Positions 9,207 to 18,295 of a stretch of DNA of 64,000 nt are shown here, piece after piece. The notes beneath the pieces were generated by a model that saw nothing but the letters and a program-made list of their open reading frames with translations, was not told the DNA's origin and did no database searches. Location: the NCBI GenBank assembly GCA_963813925.1, contig CAWFBG010000025.1, positions 2,275 to 66,274 on the forward strand, given 5' to 3'. Every line of letters starts with the position of its first letter. Position 1 is the stretch's first letter. The position numbers and the translations under genes are program-made. Source of the stretch: an uncultured Planctomycetaceae bacterium. Lineage in GTDB: Bacteria > Planctomycetota > Planctomycetia > Gemmatales > Gemmataceae.

Positions 9207-10115
9207 ATGCCACACTTCGCCGACCGTTTGGCCGACGCCGTCCGTTCCAAAGGCAACGCCCTTTGCGTGGGCCTCGACCCGCGCTGGGAATCGCTGCCGA
9301 CGGAAATCCGCCGACGCCACGGCGACGACTCGTTGCGGGCGGCGGCGGCCGCTTACGAAGAGTTTTGCGACCGCGTACTGGACATCGTCGCCCCGCTCGC
9401 GCCGGTCGTCAAGCCGCAGAGCGCCTTCTTCGAGGCGTGCGGCCCCGACGGCCTGGCCGTCCTGCAACGGCTGCTGCGAAAGGCCCACGGCCTCGGCCTG
9501 CTGACCATCCTCGACGCCAAGCGCAACGACATCGCCTCGTCGGCCGCCGCCTACGCCGGCGCGGCCTTCGGCGGCGTCTCTGTGGCCGGCCGCGTCCATC
9601 CGGTCTGGGAGGCCGACGCCCTTACGGTCAACCCGTACCTCGGCCGCGACGCCGTGGAGCCGTTCCTGCAAAGCGCCCGGCGGGCCAACGCCGGCGTGTT
9701 CGTGCTGGTGCGGACCAGCAACCCGGGCGCGGGGCTGTTTCAAGACCTCATCGCCGACGGCCGGCCGGTGTATCAGCACGTCGCCGAGGCGGTGGCGGGA
9801 TGGGCGGCCGAGAACGTCGGCCGCTGCGGGCTGGGCGACGTGGGCGCGGTGGTCGGCGCCACCTACCCGGCGGAACTGGCCGCGCTACGCCGTCTGACGC
9901 CAAATGTGATCTTCCTTATCCCCGGATATGGCGCCCAGGGCGGCTGCGCGGCGGACGTGGCGCCGGCTTTTCGACCGGACGGCCTGGGGGCGGTCGTCAA
10001 CAGCTCGCGCGGGATTATGTTTCCGTTCAAGCCGGACGACCCGGCGTGGGAGCGGCGCGTCGAGGAGGCGACGCGGTCGGCGGTCGCGGCCCTGGGGCCG
10101 TTGTCGCGGAGGTAG
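9207..10115 (+). CDS. pyrF: Orotidine-5'-phosphate decarboxylase (type 2)
   Basis: 302 aa. Motifs: 'ALCVGLDPR', 'KPQSAFFEA', 'ILDAKRNDIASSA', 'PGYGAQGG'. Confidence 0.9.
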   Translation: MPHFADRLADAVRSKGNALCVGLDPRWESLPTEIRRRHGDDSLRAAAAAYEEFCDRVLDIVAPLAPVVKPQSAFFEACGPDGLAVLQRLLRKAHGLGLLTILDAKRNDIASSAAAYAGAAFGGVSVAGRVHPVWEADALTVNPYLGRDAVEPFLQSARRANAGVFVLVRTSNPGAGLFQDLIADGRPVYQHVAEAVAGWAAENVGRCGLGDVGAVVGATYPAELAALRRLTPNVIFLIPGYGAQGGCAADVAPAFRPDGLGAVVNSSRGIMFPFKPDDPAWERRVEEATRSAVAALGPLSRR

Positions 10116-10122
10116 GGGCGGA

Positions 10123-11119
10123 TCACACCGTCGCCTCCTTGCCCTCGCGCGCCGACCGGGCCAGGGCGTCCAGCACGCGCAGCGTCTTGACCGCCTCGTC
10201 CGGCCCCGGCCGCACCGGTTCGCCGAACAGCACCGCCCGGCTGAAGTCGTCGAGCATGTGGACGATCTGGTCCTCGCCCTCGATCACGACCTCCTCTTCC
10301 GGCCGGCCCTCGCGCCGCACCGTGAACGTCGCCCGCGGATCCGGAACCCACAAGTCCGGGACGAACACGACGCCCTCCGCCCCCGCGATCTCCAGCCAGG
10401 GCCGCACCGGCATGGTGAAGCCGCAGTCGAAGGCACCGACGCGGCCGTCCGCCAACCATACCAGACCGCTCATCTCCACATCGACGCCGTGCAGGTAGCG
10501 GGCCGTCGCCCACGCCCGCACCGGCTCGGCCCCGAACGCCCAGCGGATGCCGAACACCGGATAACAGCCCACGTCCAGCAGACCGCCGCCGGCCAAATCG
10601 GAGGCGCAAACGGATGTTGCTCGGCTCCAGCGGCCGCAGCGGGAACGTGAACGCCCCCGTCACGCGCTCCACCTTGCCGATCCCGCCGTCGTCGAGGAAT
10701 TGTCGCAGCCGGGCCGTGCGCGGGTGGTGCGGCCACATGAAGCCGTCCATCAGCAGCACCTTGCGGGCGGCGCAGAAGGCGACCAACTCTCGCGCCTCGG
10801 CGGCGGTCGGCGTCAGCGGCTTCTCGCACAGGACGTGCTTGCCGCGCTCCGCCGCCCGCCGCGTCCATTCGGCGTGCAGCGTGTTGGGCAGCGGAATGTA
10901 AACGACGTCGATCTCGGGGTCTTCCAGCAGCGCCTCGTAACTTGCGTGGGCCGTCGGGATGCCGGCCGCACGGGCAGCCGCCTCGGCCTTCTCCTGCGAA
11001 CGGCTGGCGATGGCCCGCAAGTCGGCGTGGGCCGACTGGCGGAAAGCCGGCAGCAGGCGGTCGTTGATCTTGGCGGCGCCGAGGACGCCCCAGCGGAGTT
11101 TCGTCGTGGACTTCGGCAT
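10123..11119 (-). CDS. Gfo/Idh/MocA-family NAD(P)-dependent oxidoreductase, frame broken near 10600
   Basis: The N-terminus 'LRWGVLGAAKINDRLLPA...VYIPLPNTLHAEW...GKHVLCEKPL' is a Rossmann fold. The C-terminus 'LAGGGLLDVGCYPV...' continues in another frame (ORF 10123-10596). The junction is NIRLRL|DLAGGG. Confidence 0.8.
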
Positions 11120-11240
11120 GAGCGGCTCGCGTCACAACGAGGAAGCGCGGCCCGGTCCAAGCGGAGAGGCAAGACCGCGCTGGTCACTGTACAATACCAC
11201 GGCCGCGTTGACCATCGCGGCCGCGGAGAACGACGAAAGG

Positions 11241-12002
11241 ATGGCCGTGGGATGTGTCTGTCTGGCGCTGTTTTATCGTGTGGTGGAGGACGCCGCCGTC
11301 GTGGTCGGCGCCAACCGCGAAGAGTCGTACTGCCGCGGCGGCGAACCGCCGCGCCTCCACGACGGGCCGCCGCGCTTCGTCGCCGGCGTCGATCCGGCGG
11401 CCGGCGGGACCTGGCTCGGCGTCAATGAACACGGCGTCCTCGCGGCCGTGACCAACCGCCCCAAGGACCGCCGGCCCGACCGGCCGCGCAGCCGCGGCCT
11501 GCTCGTCCGCGACCTGCTGGCCTGCCCCAGCGCGGCCGAGGCGGGGAAACTCGCCGTGAGTGAACTGAACGCCGACCGCTACGACGGCTGCAACGTCGTT
11601 TGCGCCGACGGCCAAAGCGCGGTCCTGATTCACGGCACGGATTGGCTGCGCGTCCGGCCGCTGCCGCCGGGATTGCACGTCCTGACCAACGGCGACGTGA
11701 ACGACGAGCGCGACGCCCGGCTGACGTTCGTGGCCCGGCTGCTGGGCCAGGAGGGCTACCGCTACCGCAGCTCGGCCGACTGCATCCAGGTGTTGCGTCA
11801 GCTGTGCGGCCGGCACGAGCCGGGCGAGCCGCCGGTCTGCCTGACCGGCGCCGACCGCGGCACGGTCTCCAGCACCATCGTCGCCCTGCGCGGCCCGCCT
11901 ACCGGGGGCGTCTACCTCCACGCGCAGGGGCCGCCCGACCGGACTCCCTATGAGGACTATTCGGAGCTGCTTCGTGAAATGGCGAGCGAGCGGCCGGCGT
12001 GA
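11241..12002 (+). CDS. NRDE-family protein (DUF833 / TANGO2-like)
   Basis: 'CVCLALF...VVVGANREE...GGTWLGVNEHGVLAAVTN' is the NRDE-type signature. The ATG is at 11241. Confidence 0.7.
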   Translation: MAVGCVCLALFYRVVEDAAVVVGANREESYCRGGEPPRLHDGPPRFVAGVDPAAGGTWLGVNEHGVLAAVTNRPKDRRPDRPRSRGLLVRDLLACPSAAEAGKLAVSELNADRYDGCNVVCADGQSAVLIHGTDWLRVRPLPPGLHVLTNGDVNDERDARLTFVARLLGQEGYRYRSSADCIQVLRQLCGRHEPGEPPVCLTGADRGTVSSTIVALRGPPTGGVYLHAQGPPDRTPYEDYSELLREMASERPA

Positions 12003-12058
12003 GCCGGCTGGTGTAGCCCAGCTTCTCGGAACGGATGCGACCCCAGCCGGCTCACGCC
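11996..12058 (+). terminator. 16-bp perfect-stem hairpin overlapping the NRDE gene stop
   Basis: GGCGTGAGCCGGCTGG (11996-12011) pairs with CCAGCCGGCTCACGCC (12043-12058). The loop is 31 nt. Confidence 0.55.
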
Positions 12059-12092
12059 GGCCGCTCGCCTGAATGCGCAAGAGGGACCGCCC

Positions 12093-13442
12093 GTGTCTAC
12101 TATCACACTTCCCCCCGGACCGAAGGGCCGTTTCTTCGGCGGCAACCTCGAAGAATTGCGCCGCGACGCGCTGGGCCTTTACACCCGCTGCGCCCGCGAG
12201 TTCGGCGATTTCAGCACCATGCGCTTCGGCACGCGCCGCGTCTATCTCATCAACCACCCAGACCTGATCGAACAGGTGCTGGTCGGCAACGCCCGCAATT
12301 TCGTGAAGCACTACGCCCTCAAAATGAACCGCTTGCTGCTCGGCGACGGCTTGTTGACCAGCGAAGGCGACTTCTGGCTGCGTCAGCGGCGGCTCCTTCA
12401 GCCACTGTTCCACCGCGACCGCCTGACCGGCTACGGGACCGTCATGGTCGAACTCGCCGAGCGCCTGGCGGCGTCGTGGCGCGACGGCGAAACGCGCGAC
12501 CTCCTGGCCGACATGACCCGGCTGACGCTGGAGATCATCGCCCGGACGCTGTTCGGGACCGGCCTGTCGGAAAAAGCTCAGGAAATCGACGGCGTGCTCG
12601 GAGAGGTGGGACGGTCGTTCAACCGCCGGCTGGCGAGTTTATTCATCCTGCCGGAAGGCGTGCCGACGCTGGCCAACCTGCGGATGCGCCGGGCGGTGCG
12701 CCGCCTGGACGACATCCTCTACGACCTCATCAAGCGGCGGCGCCAAAACGGCGACCAAAAAGACCTTCTTTCGATCCTGATGCGCGCCCGCCACGAAGAC
12801 GGGGCCGGGATGACCGACCGCCAGCTGCGCGACGAGGCCATGACGCTGTTTCTGGCCGGCCACGACACCACGGCGCTCACGCTCTCCTGGGCGTGGTATC
12901 TGCTCGCCCAAAATCCGACGGTGTACGACGCCCTCCAGGCGGAGTTGGCCAGCGTGCTGGGCGGTCGGCCGCCGACGCCCGCCGACCTGCCGCGTCTGCC
13001 GTACACGGAACGGGTGGTGCAGGAAGTGATGCGGCTCTACCCGGCCGCCTACATGATGGGCCGGCAGGCCGTCGCCGCCTGCGACCTCGGCGGCTACCGT
13101 CTGCCGGCCGGCGCCACGGTGCTGATGAGCCAGTGGATCATGCACCGCGACCCGCGCTGGTTCTCCGACCCGGAGCGCTTCGACCCCGACCGCTGGGCCG
13201 GCGGCCTCGCCAAACGGCTGCCGCGTTTCGTCTACTTCCCGTTCGGCGGCGGCCCGCGCGTTTGCATCGGCAACAGCTTCGCCTCGATGGAAGCGGCGCT
13301 GGTGCTGGCGACGCTCGCCCAGCGCGGCCGCTTCACCCTGTTGGCCGGCCCGCCCATCCGCCCCGCCCCCGCCATCACGCTCAAACCGGAACGCGGGATC
13401 CTGGTCGCCGTCCACCTCGCGCCGCAACGGAGGAATGCGTGA
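12093..13442 (+). CDS. Cytochrome P450
   Basis: 449 aa with a GTG start. The heme loop is 'FPFGGGPRVCIGNSFA', the I-helix is 'LFLAGHDTT', and the ExxR motif is in 'VVQEVMRLYP'. Confidence 0.9.
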   Translation: MSTITLPPGPKGRFFGGNLEELRRDALGLYTRCAREFGDFSTMRFGTRRVYLINHPDLIEQVLVGNARNFVKHYALKMNRLLLGDGLLTSEGDFWLRQRRLLQPLFHRDRLTGYGTVMVELAERLAASWRDGETRDLLADMTRLTLEIIARTLFGTGLSEKAQEIDGVLGEVGRSFNRRLASLFILPEGVPTLANLRMRRAVRRLDDILYDLIKRRRQNGDQKDLLSILMRARHEDGAGMTDRQLRDEAMTLFLAGHDTTALTLSWAWYLLAQNPTVYDALQAELASVLGGRPPTPADLPRLPYTERVVQEVMRLYPAAYMMGRQAVAACDLGGYRLPAGATVLMSQWIMHRDPRWFSDPERFDPDRWAGGLAKRLPRFVYFPFGGGPRVCIGNSFASMEAALVLATLAQRGRFTLLAGPPIRPAPAITLKPERGILVAVHLAPQRRNA

Positions 13443-14117
13443 CCCGCTATCCCCACCGCATCCGCCTGCGCGGCCCCTGGGAATGCGTGCCGTCGGGGCG
13501 GCCGCCGCTGCGCATGTCCTTGCCGTGCCGCTGGGCCGACGGCGGCCTCAAGGATTTCAGCGGCCGGGCGCGCTTCCGGCGCCGCTTCGGCTACCCCGGT
13601 CAAATCGACGCCTTCGAGCGCGTCTGGCTCACCGCGGCCGGCGCGTCCGACCGCGCCGACCTGCAACTGAACGGGACGGCCTTGGGGGTCTGCGTGGGCG
13701 ACCGGCCGTGCGAGTTCGAGATCACCCGGCTGCTGCAACGGCGGAATGAACTGGTCATCGACGTGGAAGGGACGGAACAAGGCGGCCTTTGGGGCGAAAT
13801 CGCCCTGGAGGTGCGCTGCCAGGCGTTCCTGCGCGATGCTGCGCGTGTGGGCCGACGCCGACCTGCACGCCGCCGGCCTCGTCGTCGGCGAGGCGGAGCG
13901 GCCGCTCGACCTGTACGTGCTTCTGGACGGCTCGACCGTCTCCTATACGACGGTAACGCCCGCGCCGCAGGGGACGCCGTTCCATATCATCGCCGGGAAG
14001 CCGCCCGCGCTTGGCAGGGCGGCGGCGCGGGTCGATCTGGTATACGGGGCGGTGATTTGGTACACCGCGGAGCGGGAATGCGAGGCGCCGCCCGGGGAGA
14101 CGCCGGCGGCCGGATGA
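13439..14117 (+). CDS. Hypothetical beta-sandwich-like protein ('RLRGPWE' N-terminus), frame broken near 13835
   Basis: The GTG at 13439 overlaps the P450 stop (GTGA). 'VTRYPHRIRLRGPWECVP...RVWLTAAGASDRADLQLNGTALG' continues in another frame as '...RVWADADLHAAGLVVGEAERPLDLYVLLDG'. Confidence 0.5.
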
Positions 14118-14126
14118 AAGACGCCG

Positions 14127-14591
14127 ATGGATATACAAACGCTGAAAGTATTCGTGTCGGAACAGGAGTTGAACGAGCTGGTGCGGCAAAACCAGCCGCC
14201 GGAGGCACCGGTCAAAAACCTCTCCGTCCGCGTCACGCCAGAGGGCGTCCGCGTGTGCGGTGAGGTCACGATGATGATTACGATGGGGTTTGAGTCGCTG
14301 TGGCGGCCGGGCGTGGTGGACGGCAAGGCGGCGGCCCATCTGGTGGGCCTAACGGCGGCCGGCTTCCCGGCGACGCCGCTGCGCCGCCTGGTGCTGGACG
14401 CCCTCAAGGACGCGATCAAGGATCCCGCCGTGGTCGTCACGGACGACGCCGTTTTGGTGGACGTTCAGGACCTTGTTAAGCGGGAAAAGCTGCCGGTGAA
14501 CGTGCGCTTCGAGGTTCAGGTGCTGCGCTGCGTTGAGGGCGGCGTCGAGGCGGAGGCGGGGCTGCCGCCCGCGCAAAGGGTTGCCGTATAG
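14127..14591 (+). CDS. Hypothetical protein
   Basis: 154-aa ORF starting 9 nt after the previous gene. Amino-acid composition looks coding-like. I recognise no motif. Confidence 0.55.
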   Translation: MDIQTLKVFVSEQELNELVRQNQPPEAPVKNLSVRVTPEGVRVCGEVTMMITMGFESLWRPGVVDGKAAAHLVGLTAAGFPATPLRRLVLDALKDAIKDPAVVVTDDAVLVDVQDLVKREKLPVNVRFEVQVLRCVEGGVEAEAGLPPAQRVAV

Positions 14592-14640
14592 CCCGCAGCG
14601 CCAAGCAAGGGATGAAACGCCCTTGCTTGGCGCTGCGGGC
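14591..14640. repeat. Family-A palindromic hairpin repeat (copy 1) between convergent genes
   Basis: GCCCGCAGCGCCAAGCAAGGG, loop ATGAAACG, CCCTTGCTTGGCGCTGCGGGC. The stem is a perfect 21 bp. Confidence 0.9.
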
Positions 14641-14651
14641 TGCGGGGGTCT

Positions 14652-15352
14652 TCACTTCTTATCGTCCTTGCGCCCTTCCTCCCCCAGCGCGTTTTCGAGG
14701 GCGCGGATGGTTTCGGCCACGCCGTCGAGGTTGGGGTTGATGCGGAGGGCGGCGCGGAAGGCCCGCAGCGCCGCCTTGTGCCTGCGGAGTTGCATGAAGC
14801 ACTGGGCCATGCCGGCCTGGGCGCCGAAGTGGCACGGGTTGAGCTGCAGCGTTTTCTCGCAGTCGGCGATGGAGCGCTCGAACTGCTTCATGCGGAAGAA
14901 CACCACGGCCCGCTGGTTGTAGGCCTCGGCGAAGCGCGGGGCCTTCTGGACGAGCAGGTCGAGGCCGGCCACGGCCTTCTCGCGGTCGCGCAGACGCATC
15001 AGCCGTTGCAGCTCGCGGTTGTTTTCCTCGTCGTCGGCCCGGAACCAGAGCGCCAGAGCGCCTCGGCGGCCATGCGGCGGGTCTCCGCGTCGTCGTCCTT
15101 GAGGCGGGCGGCCAGGGCCGCGTTGGCTTCCATCGTGCCGAACTGGCCCAGGGCGACCAGGGCGGCCCGGCGCGCCTTGGGGTCCGTCCCCGCCAGCAGG
15201 CGGAGGAGCGTGCCCTCGTTGTAGCGCGCCCTGGCGAGATGGAGGAACTTGTGGCGGCCCTCCTCCTGGCGTCTCCGCCACGTCTCCGCGTCGTCCTTGG
15301 CCCGGCGCGTCGGCATTCGTTGGTAGTACTCGACTAGCAGAGCGGCGCCCAC
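14652..15352 (-). CDS. HEAT-repeat/TPR-repeat protein, frame broken by an 8-bp tandem duplication (15045-15060)
   Basis: The N-terminal part is HEAT-like ('DPKARRAALVALGQFG...DDDAETRRMAAEALW'). The C-terminal part is TPR ('AEAYNQRAVVFFRMKQFERSIADCEKTLQLNP'). An alternative ATG lies at 15316. Confidence 0.65.
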
Positions 15353-15880
15353 TTTCGCACCTCGCTCATCAAGAAATGGGGGGTCACTGCGTCAACGCAC
15401 GTCGGTCGGCCTTCCTGGCCCGGTTCGTCGTCCCGTGGAAAGACTAGCCCGCAAAGCCCCGACCGTGAGGCGGCGCATCCCTGCGTCGGCTATCGAGACG
15501 ACTCGCGCGGCGGCATTCCGTGGCGCCGCGCCGGCTGTAAGAGGAGTCTATGCGCCGCCGGGCCGAAAGACAAAGGAAAAGAAAGGGCCGGCCGAAGCCG
15601 CGATTTGGATGGGATTTGCGCCGCGGCCCGCGTCCGATTTATTTTCCTCTTGAATCCGCGCGGCCTGTCGCTCACACTAAACCCTAGCGCCGGACGCCTT
15701 CGCCCTCCCGCCGCACCGCTTTCGCCGGCTTATCGATCAACCGCCTTGACGCACACCGCCGCCCCTGCAACCATGAGGGATACGCAGTCCGCCGCGCCGC
15801 CGACAGGTTCCCGAGTCGCGCTTCCGAAGGTGAGTCCGCTTCATGCCAAATGACTGCCGCCGACTCAGAAGTCGGTTCCA

Positions 15881-15943
15881 AACCAGCCCCGAGCGCGAGC
15901 GAGGGGTTCGGACAAGACCGCTCGCTCGCGCTCGCGGCTGGTT
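15881..15943. repeat. Family-B palindromic hairpin repeat (copy 1), 11 nt upstream of the lipoprotein start codon
   Basis: AACCAGCCCCGAGCGCGAGCGAG (15881-15903) pairs with CTCGCTCGCGCTCGCGGCTGGTT (15921-15943), with one mismatch. Confidence 0.85.
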
Positions 15944-15953
15944 GTGTTTCGTA

Positions 15954-17018
15954 ATGCGGATTGCGAGAAGCCCTCGCGGCGTCTTCCATTCCGCATTCTG
16001 CATTCTGACTTCCGCATTCCTTCTCGTCCTGGCCGGCTGCGGGGAAGAGGGGATTCACCAGTACGCCGCCCCCAAGGCCGAGGCGCCGGAAAAAGTCGGC
16101 CTCATCGGCGTCATCTACCCGCACGGCGATTTGACCTGGTTCATTAAGTTGATGGGGCCGGAGTCGGCCGTCAACGCCCAGGCCGGCGCGGTGGACGACT
16201 TCGTCAAGTCGGTTCATTTCACCGGCCAGGACGACCGGCCGATGGAATGGAAGCTGCCCGAAGGTTGGCAGCCGGTCGCCGACGCCAAGGCGTCTCCCGG
16301 CCGCTATGCCACGTTGCGCATCGAGGCCAAGGACAAGCCGTCGCTCGACCTGCACATCGACAAATTCCCCGGCTCGGTCGGCGGCCTCCTGGCCAACGTC
16401 AACCGCTGGCGCGGCCAGGTGGGCCTGTCGCCGATCGACGCGGACGACCTGGACAAGGTGACGCGGAAGGAAGAGTTCAACGGCAACCCGGCCACCGTCG
16501 TCCGGCTGGTCGGTCCCGGATCGAAGCCCAGTTCCGGGGCTCCCTTCATGAACCTGCCAGGCGGCGCCCCGGACGAAACGGCCCTCCATTACACCAAGCC
16601 CGACGGCTGGCAGGCGTCCGACAACCTGGTCGTCAAGGGCATCCGCCGCGCCGCCCTGTTCACCGCGGCCGACGCCGACGGCTCGGTGGAGATTTCGGTG
16701 ACGCCGCTGCCGGGCGAGGCCGGCGGTCTGGTGGGGAACGTCACCCGCTGGCGGGGGCAGGTCGGCCTCGACCCGCTCACCGAGGACCAGATGAAGGACT
16801 TCCCCAAGGTCGATGTGGCCGGCGCCACCGTGCCGCTGATCGACACCGGCGAGGGGGCCGACCACCAACGTATCCTCGGGGCGGCGGTCGCGCACGGCGG
16901 ACAGACGTGGTTCTTCAAGATGCAAGGGCCGTCCGCCGCGGTGGAGAAGCAGAAAACGCGATTCAACGACTTCTTGAAGTCCGTGACCTTCGGCGCGGAC
17001 AAGGGGGGCGACAAGTGA
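15954..17018 (+). CDS. Lipoprotein with an internally duplicated domain, hypothetical (first gene of the ResB/CcsA operon)
   Basis: Signal peptide plus lipobox 'LLVLAGC'. Duplicated motifs: 'GGLLANVNRWRGQVGLSP' / 'GGLVGNVTRWRGQVGLDP' and 'TWFIKLMGP...DFVKSVHF' / 'TWFFKMQGP...DFLKSVTF'. Confidence 0.75.
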   Translation: MRIARSPRGVFHSAFCILTSAFLLVLAGCGEEGIHQYAAPKAEAPEKVGLIGVIYPHGDLTWFIKLMGPESAVNAQAGAVDDFVKSVHFTGQDDRPMEWKLPEGWQPVADAKASPGRYATLRIEAKDKPSLDLHIDKFPGSVGGLLANVNRWRGQVGLSPIDADDLDKVTRKEEFNGNPATVVRLVGPGSKPSSGAPFMNLPGGAPDETALHYTKPDGWQASDNLVVKGIRRAALFTAADADGSVEISVTPLPGEAGGLVGNVTRWRGQVGLDPLTEDQMKDFPKVDVAGATVPLIDTGEGADHQRILGAAVAHGGQTWFFKMQGPSAAVEKQKTRFNDFLKSVTFGADKGGDK

Positions 17019-18295
17019 GCAAAGCGTCCATCCAAACGTCCGCCCCGCCGCCCGCCGTCGCCGCCGTGACCGACGCCGCGCCGGCCCCGGCGCGGTCGCG
17101 GCGCAAGAAGAGCGTCCCGTACCGGGTGCTGGAGGCGCTGGCGTCGCTCAAGCTGACGGTGGTGCTGTTCGTGCTGGCCGTGGTGCTGGTTTTCTGCGGG
17201 ACGCTGGCGCAGATCGACTACGGCATCTGGGCCGTGGTCAAGATGTATTTCCGAGGGTTTATCGTCTGGATTCCCGTCCAGGTCTTCTTCCCGCGCACCT
17301 GGCAAATCCCGCACTGGCTCGGCACATGGTTCCCCGGCGGCTGGACCATTGGCGGCCTGTTGCTCATCAACGTCCTCGCCGCCCACGCCACCCGCTTCAA
17401 GCTTTCGTGGCGGCGCTCCGGCATCATCGTCCTCCACGCCGGCGTGATCGTCCTGATGCTCGGCGAACTCTGCACCGGCCTGTTCGCCGTCGAAGGCAAC
17501 ATGACCATCCCCAACGGCGGCTCGGCCAACTACGTCGAACACAACGAGAGCATGGAGCTGGCCGTCGTCGATCCCACGGACGCCAAGTCCGACGACGTGG
17601 TGACGGTCGTGCCCGATGCGATGCTGAAAAAGGGCGGCCTGATCCGCAACGACCTGCTGCCGTTCGACGTGCGCGTGGACCGCTTCATGGTCAACTCCGC
17701 CGAGCCGGTCCCTCCGCAGTCTGGCGAGAAAAACCCGGCCACGGCGGGCCTCGGCCTCAAGGCCGTGGCCGTGCCGAAAGAGGCCGGCGTCGGCGTCGAT
17801 CCCGATCAGAAGGTGGACGTGCCGTCGGCCTACGTCACGCTCCTGAAAAAGGGCACGGACGAGTCGCTGGGGACGTACCTCGTCACGGCGTACTGGGACT
17901 CGCAAGAAGTCGAAGCGAACGGCCGGCAGTACGAGATTTCGCTGCGGCCGGAGCGCGAGTATAAACCTTACACGATCCAGCTTCTGGCTTTCACCCATTC
18001 GGTCTATCCCGGCACGGAGATCCCGAAGGACTTTTCCAGCCGCATTCGGCTCATCAACAAGGCCCACGGCGACGACCGCGACATCCTCATCCGCATGAAC
18101 GAGCCGTTGCGCTACCGCGGCGAAACCTTTTACCAGGCGAGTTTCCTGCCGGGCGACCGCGGCACGGTGTTGCAGGTGGTCAAGAACCCCGGCTGGCTGC
18201 TGCCCTACGTCGCCTGCGCGATGGTGGCCCTGGGGATGCTGATCCATTTCGGGTTCAGCCTGGTCGGGTTCCTCCGCAAGAGGGTCGCACGATGA
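17015..18295 (+). CDS. ccsB: Cytochrome c biogenesis protein ResB/CcsB (system II)
   Basis: The GTG at 17015 overlaps the upstream stop (GTGA). N-terminal TM helices, a large periplasmic loop, and a C-terminal 'RMNEPLRYRGETFYQASF...VVKNPGW' plus TM helix are typical of ResB. Confidence 0.85.
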   Translation: MSKASIQTSAPPPAVAAVTDAAPAPARSRRKKSVPYRVLEALASLKLTVVLFVLAVVLVFCGTLAQIDYGIWAVVKMYFRGFIVWIPVQVFFPRTWQIPHWLGTWFPGGWTIGGLLLINVLAAHATRFKLSWRRSGIIVLHAGVIVLMLGELCTGLFAVEGNMTIPNGGSANYVEHNESMELAVVDPTDAKSDDVVTVVPDAMLKKGGLIRNDLLPFDVRVDRFMVNSAEPVPPQSGEKNPATAGLGLKAVAVPKEAGVGVDPDQKVDVPSAYVTLLKKGTDESLGTYLVTAYWDSQEVEANGRQYEISLRPEREYKPYTIQLLAFTHSVYPGTEIPKDFSSRIRLINKAHGDDRDILIRMNEPLRYRGETFYQASFLPGDRGTVLQVVKNPGWLLPYVACAMVALGMLIHFGFSLVGFLRKRVAR

